This document shows, one piece after another, positions 20,427-31,577 of a stretch of 64,000 nt of DNA; within the stretch, counting starts at the first letter, position 1; every line of letters starts with the position of its first letter. The stretch comes from an uncultured delta proteobacterium (GTDB taxonomy: Bacteria > Desulfobacterota > Desulfomonilia > Desulfomonilales > Desulfomonilaceae). Location: contig CAWBKB010000007.1 in assembly GCA_963789265.1 (NCBI GenBank), positions 128,001 to 192,000 of the forward strand. Reading direction: 5' to 3'. The translations under genes and the position numbers were made by a program. The notes below the pieces were generated by a model. It had not been told where the DNA came from. It ran no database searches and saw nothing but the letters and a program-made list of their open reading frames with translations.

Positions 20427-21194
20427 GTGAGCGCTCCAGAGAAATTTGCTCAGTGGATGGACTCTCACGAGCATACGGACAAGCATGGTCACGTTTACCG
20501 CTATCACCCCAGGAGCAACCAGCATTCGTTAGTCCTCTGCGAGTATATCGTTGAAGACTTACTTGAGGATTGCACTATCCTAGAAGAGCAAGCAGCGCAA
20601 GGTCTTGTAGCTTATGGAGTAGACTTGAAGCATGTATGGGAAAATTCTAGCAAGGCTAAGACCATAGATCTTGCCCTGGGAATTCCAAAGGAGCCTATCG
20701 CAGAGGTCCGGGGGAAAATAGCTAAAGTAAAGAATTTGAGAGAAGTATTAGTTTCTTGCGAAGCGAAATCCTGTATGACGGAACACGGAAAATCCCAACC
20801 GAGAATCTATGATGAACTTAGTTCTTCCCATGAAATCGTTCATAAGGGCAACAACGATGCTATTGCCGCTGGTATTGCTGTCGTCAACATAGCGGCTCGA
20901 TTTGCCTCTCCGTTGCGCCAAGGCAGTACGAATGCCATTCATTTCTCAAATCACATTCAGCCGAGGGTGACTGAAAGAATGGTAGAACACTTGAGGGGTC
21001 TACCGCTTCGCCTGCGAAGCGAAGATGTTGGCTTTGATGCTTACTGCACGGTAGTTATCAATTGTGACAATATTCATGGGGCTACCTTATGGGAAGATCC
21101 ACCAGCTCCACAGCCTGGGGACTGGGATCATTATGATAGCTTTTTGCAAAGGATAAGCCAGTTTTACGAGGAGCGTTTTTCTGATCTCAGTTAA
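20427..21194 (+). CDS. Putative type II restriction endonuclease (PD-(D/E)XK)
   Basis: TIDLALG...SCEAKS motif; convergent with and overlapping the MTase gene. Confidence 0.7.
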   Translation: MSAPEKFAQWMDSHEHTDKHGHVYRYHPRSNQHSLVLCEYIVEDLLEDCTILEEQAAQGLVAYGVDLKHVWENSSKAKTIDLALGIPKEPIAEVRGKIAKVKNLREVLVSCEAKSCMTEHGKSQPRIYDELSSSHEIVHKGNNDAIAAGIAVVNIAARFASPLRQGSTNAIHFSNHIQPRVTERMVEHLRGLPLRLRSEDVGFDAYCTVVINCDNIHGATLWEDPPAPQPGDWDHYDSFLQRISQFYEERFSDLS

Positions 21195-22107
21195 TCTCAA
21201 TTTCAGGTACGCGACCGAACAATTTGGCCTGCTTAGATATTTCCATCATTACCCGCTCCGTTCCCTTTTGAAAGTACTCGGGATCTAATTCGTTTGAAAT
21301 GCTATTTCGATACGCCTGAGCAGCGGCCAGAACGGTTGAGAATGTTCCGGCGAAGGGGTCTAGCACGGTGTCTTTCACAAACGAAAACATGCGAATCAAG
21401 CGATAGGCTAACTCGACCGGAAAAGGAGCCGGGTGATTTTTAGTAGAGGCTCCCTGTAAATCGGTCCAAAACGCCCTGAACCATTGACTGTGTTCTTTCT
21501 TACTTAGCATAGAAAGTCGTCGTTGTTCTTGTGTAGGCTTTCGATACCCTCCCGGTTTTCGTAACATCAAAATGTACTCGATATCATTCTTGATTATTGC
21601 ATTCGGTTCGTATGGTTTCCCTAAAAATGAAGATCCATTCTCTATTTCATAGCTTGCATTAGCGATTTTGTGCCACAGGATAGGAGTGAGGTAATCAAAG
21701 CCAATCTTACGAGATCGTACGGAAATATCGGCGTGAAGCGGGACTACTTGATGTCGCCCTTTGTTTCTCCGGCGCGCTAAACATACATCCCCCACTACAC
21801 AAACAACGCGCCCTCCCTCCACTAGTACCCTATAGCAATGCTCCCACACCTTATTAAGTTCATTCATGAATTCTTCGTAATCAATGACACCGCCTAATTG
21901 CCCTTCATAATCGTTGTATTTCTTGAGAGTCCAATAAGGCGGGGACGTCACTACAAGATGAACAGAATTGTCAGGTATCCATTGGAGCTCTCTTGCATCG
22001 CCCTTGTGAAGTTGGTGGACAGTGAGAATATTTTCGAGTTCCCTCATCTCCGGTCTTTCGGACGAAAGAGGGGCTATCTCTTGCATAGTGCTCGTACTAA
22101 TTTTCAT
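21187..22107 (-). CDS. DNA methyltransferase, beta class (N4-cytosine type)
   Basis: Motif IV TSPPY precedes HPAPFP and motif I LDPFAGT. Confidence 0.92.
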   Translation of the reverse strand: MKISTSTMQEIAPLSSERPEMRELENILTVHQLHKGDARELQWIPDNSVHLVVTSPPYWTLKKYNDYEGQLGGVIDYEEFMNELNKVWEHCYRVLVEGGRVVCVVGDVCLARRRNKGRHQVVPLHADISVRSRKIGFDYLTPILWHKIANASYEIENGSSFLGKPYEPNAIIKNDIEYILMLRKPGGYRKPTQEQRRLSMLSKKEHSQWFRAFWTDLQGASTKNHPAPFPVELAYRLIRMFSFVKDTVLDPFAGTFSTVLAAAQAYRNSISNELDPEYFQKGTERVMMEISKQAKLFGRVPEIEIN

Positions 22108-22133
22108 CGTCAGGTTCTCCCCACGAACTTATC

Positions 22134-23036
22134 CTACTCAGCTTGTTCATCCTCTTGCAAGAAAGGCATTTCTTCTTGCTGAGGCTCGTTCCTAAATGCC
22201 CGCCGAAATAATCGCTCAAAGACAGGCCAGTTAGGAGCTGCACGCATTAAAGTAGTGACAGAAGCGATTTGTCTCTCTAAGTGAGGATTACCAATATCCT
22301 CTGTGAGAAATTGAAAAAATTTGTGTTTCCGCCGCCCCTTGTGGTCTTTTGGATTCTTGTGCCGTAGTTCGTCTAGCACCCCCGGCGGCAACTGCTGGTA
22401 AACAAGTTCGTTCGTCAACTTACCTACGTACTTAGGGCGCTTCACAGACAGAGGGCTATAGTTCCATCCACGCAGTCGAAAGAGCTGTCGATAAAATTCA
22501 TCAGGGAAGCGCTTTGCCCATGGCAATAATTCCTCTGAGATGTATAAGGCTAGAATTTTGTAGAGTTCGTTGCGATCACGTTCATATTGGTAGCCTGTTG
22601 CTTCGTCTACCAACGCGATGATTCCGACTCTAGCGAATCCTCTAACAAGAATTTCACAGTGTTCTGCGATGACCTCTTGCTTATCTGTTAGGCCACCAGA
22701 TTTGCGAGCGGCCAAGACAGCATCACAAATATCAGCTAGAATCGTAGCTTCGTACCCGACAGCAAGCTTCCCCCCTCGTCCGGGACGAACAAAACGAATC
22801 GGATTTGACAATGCCATGGCTAACGTATCGTTAATAAACGGAATTAATGTTTTTTGGGCTAAGAATTCCTTTAAAAGACCCCCATGGCGTTGACCTAATG
22901 CTAAAGCGCCTTGCATTCCGCGGCCAGACAAGACCCGCATGCCATTTTCCAGGACATAACAAGGAAGCTCAAGGTTGCCGATTCTGAGTGGTCTATCAGG
23001 AGATCCGTGTGTTGCTCTAAGAGGTTTGGCATTCAT
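22134..23036 (-). CDS. P63C-domain protein
   Basis: LPCYVLENG.RVLS, GIIALVDEATGYQ and PWAKRFPDEFY...GKLTN motifs. Confidence 0.85.
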   Translation of the reverse strand: MNAKPLRATHGSPDRPLRIGNLELPCYVLENGMRVLSGRGMQGALALGQRHGGLLKEFLAQKTLIPFINDTLAMALSNPIRFVRPGRGGKLAVGYEATILADICDAVLAARKSGGLTDKQEVIAEHCEILVRGFARVGIIALVDEATGYQYERDRNELYKILALYISEELLPWAKRFPDEFYRQLFRLRGWNYSPLSVKRPKYVGKLTNELVYQQLPPGVLDELRHKNPKDHKGRRKHKFFQFLTEDIGNPHLERQIASVTTLMRAAPNWPVFERLFRRAFRNEPQQEEMPFLQEDEQAE

Positions 23037-23902
23037 ATTGTCGCTCCCACAGCCCTACTCAGCGTCAATCCGAACACATCCTCATCGTTCCTGTGGTTGA
23101 AACGATAGCAGAATTCATCGACATACTTAGGAAGATAACGGGCGCTGACCTTGTGATACTGACCAACGATTCCTCTCTTCAGAATTGCCCAAAAACTCTC
23201 CATGTTGTTCGTGTGGATGTTTCCGCAGACATAGGCTACCTGATGATTAACCGTTTCATGCTTTACAAAGTATTTGAGTCTGCAATACCCAGAGAATTCG
23301 TCGGTCATGACCGTTGCACCTTCGATCTGCACTTTCTCTCTGATGAAACGGGCAAGAGACTTAGATTTGAGGTCCTTCGCTACTTTTGCTTTGACTCTGC
23401 CACTACGTTCTATCACGCCCACCACAGGAATTTTGGCCGTGCCGCGACCGCGTTTACTTCCTGAAGGTCCCCTATCGTTGCCCTTTCTCGGCTTTCCACC
23501 TACGTATGTTTCATCGGCTTCTACGATGCCCTTCAGAAGTTCCCCATGCTCAATCATAGCTTTACGGATTCTCATGCCCATGTACCAAGCCGTGTTCTTG
23601 TTCACTTCGATGTCACGGGCGAGTTGTCGGCTGCTAATACCTTTCTTTGCGTTCAAGACTAAAGAGATCGCCAGGAACCACTTTTGAAGGTCTAGTTTCG
23701 TGTCATGGAAAATGGTGTTGACTGTGACGCTGTATGAGGTATTGCAGTTATAGCAATGGTAACGGTGTTCTTTTGGAAGCGCGCTCGCTTTGTCAGATCC
23801 ACAATAAGGGCAACGCGGTCCCCCCGGCCAACGGACCCCTTCAAGATGGGTTATACAGTCATCATGTGTCGGATATTGCTTGTAAATTTCGAAGATGTTC
23901 AT
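23033..23902 (-). CDS. tnp: IS1595-family (ISXO2-like) transposase
   Basis: Zn ribbon CPYC..CYNC; EADETYVGG, TDEFSGY, HTNNMESFW, YVDEFCYRFN. Confidence 0.95.
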   Translation of the reverse strand: MNIFEIYKQYPTHDDCITHLEGVRWPGGPRCPYCGSDKASALPKEHRYHCYNCNTSYSVTVNTIFHDTKLDLQKWFLAISLVLNAKKGISSRQLARDIEVNKNTAWYMGMRIRKAMIEHGELLKGIVEADETYVGGKPRKGNDRGPSGSKRGRGTAKIPVVGVIERSGRVKAKVAKDLKSKSLARFIREKVQIEGATVMTDEFSGYCRLKYFVKHETVNHQVAYVCGNIHTNNMESFWAILKRGIVGQYHKVSARYLPKYVDEFCYRFNHRNDEDVFGLTLSRAVGATI

Positions 23903-26900
23903 GGCAGCCTCCGAAACTTGTTACCTTTATCTAGGTACAAAGTATCAGAGACCGAACACTATGTCAAGAGAACAGAGTTACCGTTAGCTAATACATTCCG
24001 ATTTTTTGAAGGACCTTCGGAACCTGAGCCCGAGCCGGATACGGGTGATCGCATCTTTCCCCGCTGGCCCGCCGGACGCTATTTAATTAGAATGGCAGAA
24101 GTGAAACCCCGCGAAGTCATGGACATCATTTTGGTGGTCAATGACAAACACAATCCCTATGTTCAATGGGCTTTGATAGAAGCCGCAACCAAAATGCCTC
24201 CCGAGGAAGCGGCCAGGTTAGTGCCAAAAGTCAAAGGGTGGCTGGAAATTCGCCGGAATAGGCTTCTGATGCCGGAATGTGCAGACTTGGTAGAGCACCT
24301 TGCGCGTGGCGGATGCACTGACGAATCATCAGACCTCGTACGAGAATTACTTTCTGTCTCGCCTTTTGACGACGAGTCCTTTTCATCGTCGCTCTCGGTG
24401 TGGGATTACAATAACGTCATCACGAAAATTGCTCCCACACTTATCGACGTTTCTGGATTACAGGCACTGCGATTGTTTTGCGACCTGCTGGACCAAGCAC
24501 TGAACCTTGCATGCGGAAATTCGGATGAAGAGAGCGGACACGATAACTCTTATAGCTGGCGAGATCGGATCGAGCAGAATCCCGATGGAGGATTTTACGA
24601 GTTGCAGAATGCTTTTGTTACCGGAGTTCGCGATTGTGCGGCCAGATTAATCCGAAATGATCCACGCCTGACGTCATCCGTTATCGATGAATTGGAAGTC
24701 CGAAGTTGGTTAGTTTTTCACCGACTGGCTCTCCACACGCTCTGTGAATCCGTTCAAGGGTCTCTGGAACTCGTCGTCAAACGGTTGAAAGAATTCAGCC
24801 GATATGACAACCCCCACTTCCGCAATGAATACTATCGACTGGCCCGCACCGCCTTCCCGCTGCTCGACCCATCGGACCGCTGCGAACTGTTGACCGCGAT
24901 TCAAGCCGGTCCCGACATTGGGGAAGTTCGGAGGTGGTTAGAAGAGAGCGGCCAACAAATTACCGATGAGGCGGTGCAACTGGAAGTCAGAAGACAGGTA
25001 AGAAACCGTCTTGGAGACCTGAGAACAGTACCTGAATGAATCGGAGACATCCTTCTTGGATGAACTGGAAAGGGAATTCGGTCCCGCCGTGCCGCTGGTA
25101 ATCCCCCTTAGGGACTATTTTACCTGGGGTTCATCTGAGCCCGAAGAGGCGCGCGAATTGGAATCGATGGCCGTGGAGGACATCGTGTCCTTGTTGGCAG
25201 GTTGGGGTCCCTCGGATGGTGACCCGCGTAGATCGCCAGACAGATTCGGGAGAAGGCTGACCCAAGCGATAGCAAACGACCCGGAGAAGTTTGCGAGAGA
25301 CGCTCAACGGTTTCAACAGGTCGATCCTACCTACATTAGGCATGCATTTCAGGGGTTCAGGCAGGCACTGGCGCTCAAAGAACCTCGACTCTTTACCTGG
25401 GACAACGTGATTTCCCTGTGCGATTGGGTCGTGAGTCAAGGCAGAGAAATCGTCGGGCGGGCGGTCAAGACCTTTTACTGGGACGAGAATTGGGCCAACA
25501 GCAGAAGGGAAATCCTCGATCTTGTTGATGCAGGATTGAGGAACCCCCAGGGAGGAATACCTTTCCATCTCAGGGACCGGTTATGGTGTGTTTTAAAGCC
25601 ACTGACAACGGACCCGGAGCCGACTACTGAAGACGAGATTGACATGCTCAGGGAGCGGCAAGATCCCGCACCGCTAGTGGGGGAAGGCTTCACCGGCTTT
25701 GGTCATCATCCCGGTGACATGGCCATTAATGGTGTTCGCTGCCTCGCCATCACAACAGTGGTCTCGTACGGCATGTGGGTCAGGCGAAACATGTGCCAGA
25801 CCGAAATCCCGGATCAGGGGCCAAAGCCGGGGTTCGAAGAAATGCCAGAGGTCAGGGAAGTTCTCGACTACCACCTTGAGCCCCAAAATGACAGCTCCAT
25901 CGGTGTAGCATACGTGTACGGTAGGGAATTTCGCTCTCTCTATGTCCTAGACAGCGATTGGGCGCAAGAAAACAAGGCTCGAATATTTTCCAGAGCAGAA
26001 GGGCTCCGGGAGCGCGGCGCAGCCGCTTGGGAAGGCTTCTTACTGAATGGACCTACCTACTCAGATGCCTTCACCGTGTTGGAGGAGCAATACGCGCAAG
26101 CTGTTGAAGAGTTAGGAAGACCGGCCAGCGAAACAGGACATTTTGTCAATCTCGATCTCCGTCTCGGCCAGCGCCTCTGCGAACTTTATCTCTCGGCCAA
26201 GATTCCTCTGGGTACTCCGGGGTCTATTTGGGAACGATTCTTCGAGAAGGCTGGCGACGAAGTTGTTGGAAAACTCATTTTGTCCATTGGATGGACGCTT
26301 TTCGAGAAGGAAGCGTCTTCCGGGCAGTGGCTCGACAAGTTACGAATACTTTGGGAATGCAGGTTGCGTCAGATCGCCTTAGATGGCGATGCGACGAAGC
26401 ACAGGAATGAACTGAGGGCCTTCGGTCCTTGGTTTGGTAGCGGCAAGTTTGATAGCGAATGGGCTTTGACAAGACTACGTGAAGTGCTCGTGGTAAATAG
26501 TGAGGTCGAGGCCGCTGACCGTGTTGTCAATCGGCTCGCGCTTCTAGTAACCAAATTTCCGGTAAGGGCTGTGGAATGCACTATCCTTCTTGTCAGAGAG
26601 GCTACGAAACACTGGATGCTGGATTCCTGGCGAGAAGATTTGCAAAGAATTGTTTCGGCCGCAAGGAATACGGAGGATCAGCAGGTGCTGCAGAAGTGTA
26701 AGGAGCTAAAAAACATTCTGGTATCCAAAGGGCTCACCGAATTCGCTTGATCCGTTAGATGAACCTGGGAAATGCATCCGTGTGCCCTTCAGTCCTTGAC
26801 CTGGTCCATGCAGCGAATACAAGCCCACATTTCGCGACGCGGCAGTAGTGAAGCTGCATCCGGCGAGATCGGCACATCTGCTCACAACGAGACCAGAGAG

Positions 26901-27341
26901 GAACTTGTAGATAGCGTAAATGGTGATATCGTACGAGTTCCTTTCTTCTGCCCTGGAGCCTGATGAGCGACTGGCTCCTAGGAAGGTTCCGGATTTGTCC
27001 TATTTTGAAAAATCCATACAAATATTGTAGCCTTTCGAAGCGTTTCTCTCTGAGTTTCAGAATGAAATCGATCTCCACGGGTACGATCGCCAGCGAGCCA
27101 TTCCCAAATTCGACAAGCCGGCCATCATAAGAGGCTTTCATTACCTGGACGAGGGCATGGCCCGTTCAATCGGAGGGATAGATTATTGCCTCAAAGCGCC
27201 GGCCTGGAAGGTTGAAAGATTTTGCGAAGGTGTCTTGATTCGTCTGGTTCCCGGTCTTTTTGACCCCACGAATCCGGAGCATCTCAAAATCCAGCGGCAA
27301 GCCATGAAGTACTTAAAATTGCTGTGAGAATATTGATTGGC

Positions 27342-28253
27342 TTAACTATCGGCCGGGACCAGCCTCTGATCGCTCATAACCATGTCGGCAAACGCGCTTT
27401 TATAGGGAGGAAATCTCCTGTTCTTTCTTGCCACAAGCGCTACGTGATCCGGTTCGAAATAATGAGACAGAGGAATAAATTCCAATTTCCTGTGCCTCAG
27501 TATCGGCAAATCTCCTACCACTGTCGCGAAAGCCACACCCAATCCCATTTCAACGTACAAAGAACTCAGATCGACATTGGAAGATTCCATGATGACGTGA
27601 TAGTCAAGGCCGAGGCTCTGAAGCCGCTCTTCCAACATCAAGCGGCCGGCATATTCCGGGTTCTTGGGCGGCAATATAAGCGGATGTTTGACGATCTCAC
27701 CCAATGTGACTCGTCGGTTGCCGCTCAGGGGATGCCCCATCGGGGTCATCAGAACCGTATCAACCTTGACCCATCTCCCGAAAAGCAACTCGCGGGGTGT
27801 TGACGATTCGAGAGCAAATCCAAAGTCAATGTCACCACTCTTTACAAGCTCGATCACCTTCTGCTGCGGACGATCGAGTATGGTCAACTGCACGTGAGGG
27901 AATCGTCCCAAATAAGCTTTCAGCTTCTCCGGAAACAAGTGGTAAAGCGTGGTGAAGGGCGCTGCTATCTTCAGGGCTCCCTTTTGAATTCCTTTGAGCG
28001 CATTCAATGATTGCTTGAGCCACTCATGGTTTTCCAAAATCTCTTCCGCGAATTTTAGAAATTCCTCTCCTGCGGGCGTCAACTGAAGTTTTCTCTTGCC
28101 TATTCTTTCAAAGAGCTGGCAATCCAACTCTTCTTCCAGGGCCTTGATTTGCTGGCTTAATGCCGACTGGGTCCTGAATGTGGCTTCAGCGGCTCTGGTG
28201 AAATTACTCAGCCTGGCCGCGTGATAGAATCCGATTATTTGCTGCCATTCCAT
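27342..28253 (-). CDS. LysR-family transcriptional regulator
   Basis: NFTRAAE...TQSALSQQIKALEEEL..QLFER HTH. Confidence 0.95.
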   Translation of the reverse strand: MEWQQIIGFYHAARLSNFTRAAEATFRTQSALSQQIKALEEELDCQLFERIGKRKLQLTPAGEEFLKFAEEILENHEWLKQSLNALKGIQKGALKIAAPFTTLYHLFPEKLKAYLGRFPHVQLTILDRPQQKVIELVKSGDIDFGFALESSTPRELLFGRWVKVDTVLMTPMGHPLSGNRRVTLGEIVKHPLILPPKNPEYAGRLMLEERLQSLGLDYHVIMESSNVDLSSLYVEMGLGVAFATVVGDLPILRHRKLEFIPLSHYFEPDHVALVARKNRRFPPYKSAFADMVMSDQRLVPADS

Positions 28254-28366
28254 GTCTAATAAGCTCTCCTGATGATGATAATTAGATATATTAATTTTAC
28301 TTATTTAAGTAACACGCATACAAATTAACTTCAAGCAGGAACATCACCAGTAACGGAGCCAATGAC

Positions 28367-28792
28367 ATGAAGGACACATTGAAACCCGGTTTGACCTTTC
28401 AGTTCAGGTACAAAGTCCCGGCAGACAAAACCGTGCCTTGCCTGTTACCGGAATCTTCGGAATTCCAGTTGATGCCGCAAGTTCTGGCCACCGGATATAT
28501 GGTCGGGCTGATCGAATGGGCTTGCATTCAGGCCGTAAATCCTCACTTGGATTGGCCGCGCGAACAAACAGTGGGCATTGGTGTCAATGTGACTCACTCG
28601 GCTGCCACCCCGCCAGGGCTGACTGTGACCGTGAATGTAAAACTGGAGAAGGTTGAAGGCCGGAAACTGACTTTTTCTCTATCGGCCGATGATGGTCAGG
28701 ACACGATTTCAGAGGGAACCCACGAGCGATTTGTGATCGACGTCGCCAAATTTAACGCCAAAATGTCCCGGAAGCTCGGGCACGGTAAGTGA
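28367..28792 (+). CDS. Thioesterase, FlK-like hotdog fold
   Basis: VLATGYMVGLIEWAC, TVG...HSAATPPG, GTHERFV. Confidence 0.9.
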   Translation: MKDTLKPGLTFQFRYKVPADKTVPCLLPESSEFQLMPQVLATGYMVGLIEWACIQAVNPHLDWPREQTVGIGVNVTHSAATPPGLTVTVNVKLEKVEGRKLTFSLSADDGQDTISEGTHERFVIDVAKFNAKMSRKLGHGK

Positions 28793-29057
28793 TACTTTGT
28801 GCATACTAATCTTGAACGGCAATGGTTCACCGCGGAGCACGCAGAGACCGCAAAGAATTCTGTTTATCTACACGTCCACGCGAATGGGCGCGACTAATTC
28901 CAGCCTGTAAAGTGATTGCAGTTCCGGCTTGGCTGCACACGCCGATGAATCACGCGGCGCCGAATAAACTATCTTCTTCTCTTCGTTCTCGGCGCATCCC
29001 GCTTCTCGCGGGACGGTGACCCCGCGTGGGCCGCGGGATTGATTGCCCGCCGAACGA

Positions 29058-29909
29058 TTATCCGCCCAGCAACGAATCCACCATGTCCTTAACCTGGCCT
29101 ACCATTTTGGGATCGACGCCTGTTCGGAATCCTTTCGACTCTATATTTTCCACTGCCCGCTCAGTAGAGATATTACCCGCGGCCCCGGGGATAAAAGGGC
29201 AGCCGCCCAATCCGCCCACTGACGTGTCGAATCGTCGCACCCCCATTTCCAGCCCCGCATAAAGATTCGCTATGCCCAAGCCTCTGGTATCGTGAAGATG
29301 GAGCGCCAGTCGATCAAGTCCTACCCAAGCTCCAACAGACTCAACCATCCGCTTGATGTCGTCCGGGTGAGCCATTCCCACGGTATCCGCGAGCCCGATT
29401 TCATCCGGAGAGCTTGCCTCGAGTGCTGCGATAATCTCCGCCACGCGCTTAATCGGTACAATCCCTTCGTAGAAACATCCGAACGCACACATAACGCCCG
29501 CTGTAACCCCTATCCCATGCTTCGCCGCGGACTGAGTGATCGCGTCTGCGGATTTCAATGCTTTCGCCACGGTAACACCGGAATTCTTGAGGCTGTGCGT
29601 TTCCGACGCGGACACGGAAACTTCGACATGGGGGACCCTTAAAGCTATGGCCTGTTCAACCCCGCGGTGATTCAGCACCAGAACACTGTACCTCACATCT
29701 TGCTTTGTTCTGACGAGCTTCCACACCTTGTCGGTCTCCGCCATCTGGGGGACTCGACGAGGGTTGACAAAAGAGCCGATCTGGATGCGAGGCAAGCCGG
29801 CATCGACGAGGCGCTCGATCACGCCGGCTCTGCTCTCGGGAGTCAGGATCGCCGCTTCGTTCTGCAAACCGTCTCTGGGGCCGACTTCTTGGATATAAAC
29901 GCTGCTCAC
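29058..29909 (-). CDS. hmgL: Hydroxymethylglutaryl-CoA lyase
   Basis: EVGPRDGLQNE, HLHDTRG, GGLGGCPF..GA.GN. Confidence 0.9.
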   Translation of the reverse strand: MSSVYIQEVGPRDGLQNEAAILTPESRAGVIERLVDAGLPRIQIGSFVNPRRVPQMAETDKVWKLVRTKQDVRYSVLVLNHRGVEQAIALRVPHVEVSVSASETHSLKNSGVTVAKALKSADAITQSAAKHGIGVTAGVMCAFGCFYEGIVPIKRVAEIIAALEASSPDEIGLADTVGMAHPDDIKRMVESVGAWVGLDRLALHLHDTRGLGIANLYAGLEMGVRRFDTSVGGLGGCPFIPGAAGNISTERAVENIESKGFRTGVDPKMVGQVKDMVDSLLGG

Positions 29910-30247
29910 GCTTTCGACTTCCTCCGAGAGTTATTCTCCGTCCGCCTGTCCCGTTGTCCTCCCGCAAAACCGGACCAACGAAATCTCGGCCACTGGCGGG
30001 CGCATCGAACGTGCGGGAACCTGGACCAACCGAATGTGTCTCAACAGTTTACTCTATGACGACCACTCCGGGAAGCGCAGGAGGCTGTCAAGTCCACAGC
30101 GATTTGCCGGCGGTGGAAACGGGGCACAGTAAGCCACTTAATCCGAGGCACTTGACACCTGTCAGAGGAAGCGATAAAGGGAACCTCAGCACGGACGTTC
30201 TCGACGGAGAATTTCCGTTTTATTTTTTTATAACCATGGAGGAAGCT

Positions 30248-31334
30248 ATGGAATTCATGGACTTGGTCGCAGACATACCCAGTCCCGAAGAATGCGCCTC
30301 AAGAATATACGATTGCAGTGGGAATAAGTTCGAGCCGGAACTCGCCAGTGAACTATGGCTGAAGATCCTGCAACACAAGTGGTTCTTGTCTGAAACGCTG
30401 GGCCGGGATGTGGGTCTGAAGGTCGCGTGCCTCGACTTGATTGAGAACACGGACTCGATTCGCGATGAACTGGAAAGCGCTCAGAAGAGTCAGTTGCTGA
30501 AGGCGTTGGGCGCTCAGATGGTGGACCGTTCGCTTTGGGACACCATTTCCGAGTCTCAACCCCCTAAACAGATCGTGAACAAGAGAATAGTCCTTCCCCT
30601 GACTGAGCCGGAGTTGGCCCGAAAACACGGGGTCACGCCGCCGCGGACGCTCATCTTCTTCGGACCTCCCGGCACGGGTAAGACACATTTCGCGCGCGAT
30701 CGCGGGCGTTCTTCAGTGGTGGTACGTCGAAGTCAGTCCGAGCAGCCTTATGGCCGATGGGGCAGACCGTGTGGGTGCCAACCTGAAGACCTTTATGGAA
30801 GAGGCTCGGGACCTTGACGAAGTCGTCATGTTCATAGATGAATTCGAGGAGATAGCCGGGAGCCGCGAACAGGCCTCGAGGATCGACAAATCAATCACCA
30901 ACGAATTCCTCAAACAAGTGCCCTTGCTGAAGAGGCAAAGAGGGAAAATCCTCCTGGCATGCGCCACCAATTATATACGCCAGTTGGATGCAGCTCTCCT
31001 CCGGCCGGGCCGATTTGATTGTATCATTCCTGTGGGGGGACTTGATGCTCAAAGCCGAAGAACCATACTTAAACACTTCCTGGCCAAGACCAATCGAGGA
31101 GAAGTGGATGTAGACAAAATAGTGCGGGAGATTCCCTTATTTACGCCGGCTGACATCGAGTATCTCTTCCAGAGAGTTACGCAGGACGCATTCGAGCGAG
31201 AATATGTTAAGGGCGGAGACCATCGTGTTACAACGCAGATGTTCCTCGAGATGATCCCGAAGATGCGCCCAACATTAACACCGGAAATAATCGAAGGTTT
31301 TCGACAGGAATGCCTTGACTACACGCGCTATTAG
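30248..31334 (+). CDS. AAA+ ATPase with DUF4032-like N-terminal domain; frameshift ~30695
   Basis: ILQHKWFLSE; GPPGTGKT, FIDEFE, ATN and LRPGRFD; frames join in a GCGCGC run. Confidence 0.85.
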
Positions 31335-31379
31335 ACCGATTCGCTTTCAAACAACTGAGAATGGGCCCATAGCAAACGG

Positions 31380-31415
31380 CACTGACCTGGCGCCATGATG
31401 GTGCTCAGGTCAGTG
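31380..31415. terminator. Hairpin between convergent genes
   Basis: CACTGACCTG...CAGGTCAGTG stem. Confidence 0.45.
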
Positions 31416-31577
31416 GCACCCAACATCCAGTCAAGATCGGATCCTGGGTGCCATCCCGCGTCCCGCGGGAGGCTTTGTCAGATCCGTGCTGTATTTTCTT
31501 GATTATTCGCCGTTTGATCGCGCACTGGTATTAGACCGGCACCAACAAAAGCGTACTTGGTATAGTAGAAGGAAAGG

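Larger units (their letters stand above)
20283..24000 (-). mobile_element. IS1595-family transporter IS carrying an R-M system and a P63C gene
   Basis: 32-bp imperfect terminal IRs (CGGAATGTCCTAGATAACGGTAACAACGTTCT vs rc CGGAATGTATTAGCTAACGGTAACTCTGTTCT, 26/32 match); 8-bp TSD ATTTTTTG at 20275-20282 and 24001-24008. Confidence 0.93.
19640..26750 (+). pseudogene. Large (~1,130 aa) putative defence protein interrupted by an IS1595 transposon; extra frameshift near 25030
   Basis: Removing 20283-24008 restores in-frame ENQFF-EGPSEPEP; N-terminal HIFREI...LHKYAH (HEPN/Abi-like); long helical C-terminal region. Confidence 0.75.

Noticed and set aside
23756..24000. N-terminus of the 427-aa ORF
   Set aside because: Lies inside the IS; the real coding sequence resumes at the TSD as the continuation of the 19640 gene
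26755..27310. 128-aa minus-strand ORF
   Set aside because: No RBS or recognisable motif; probably a degraded fragment
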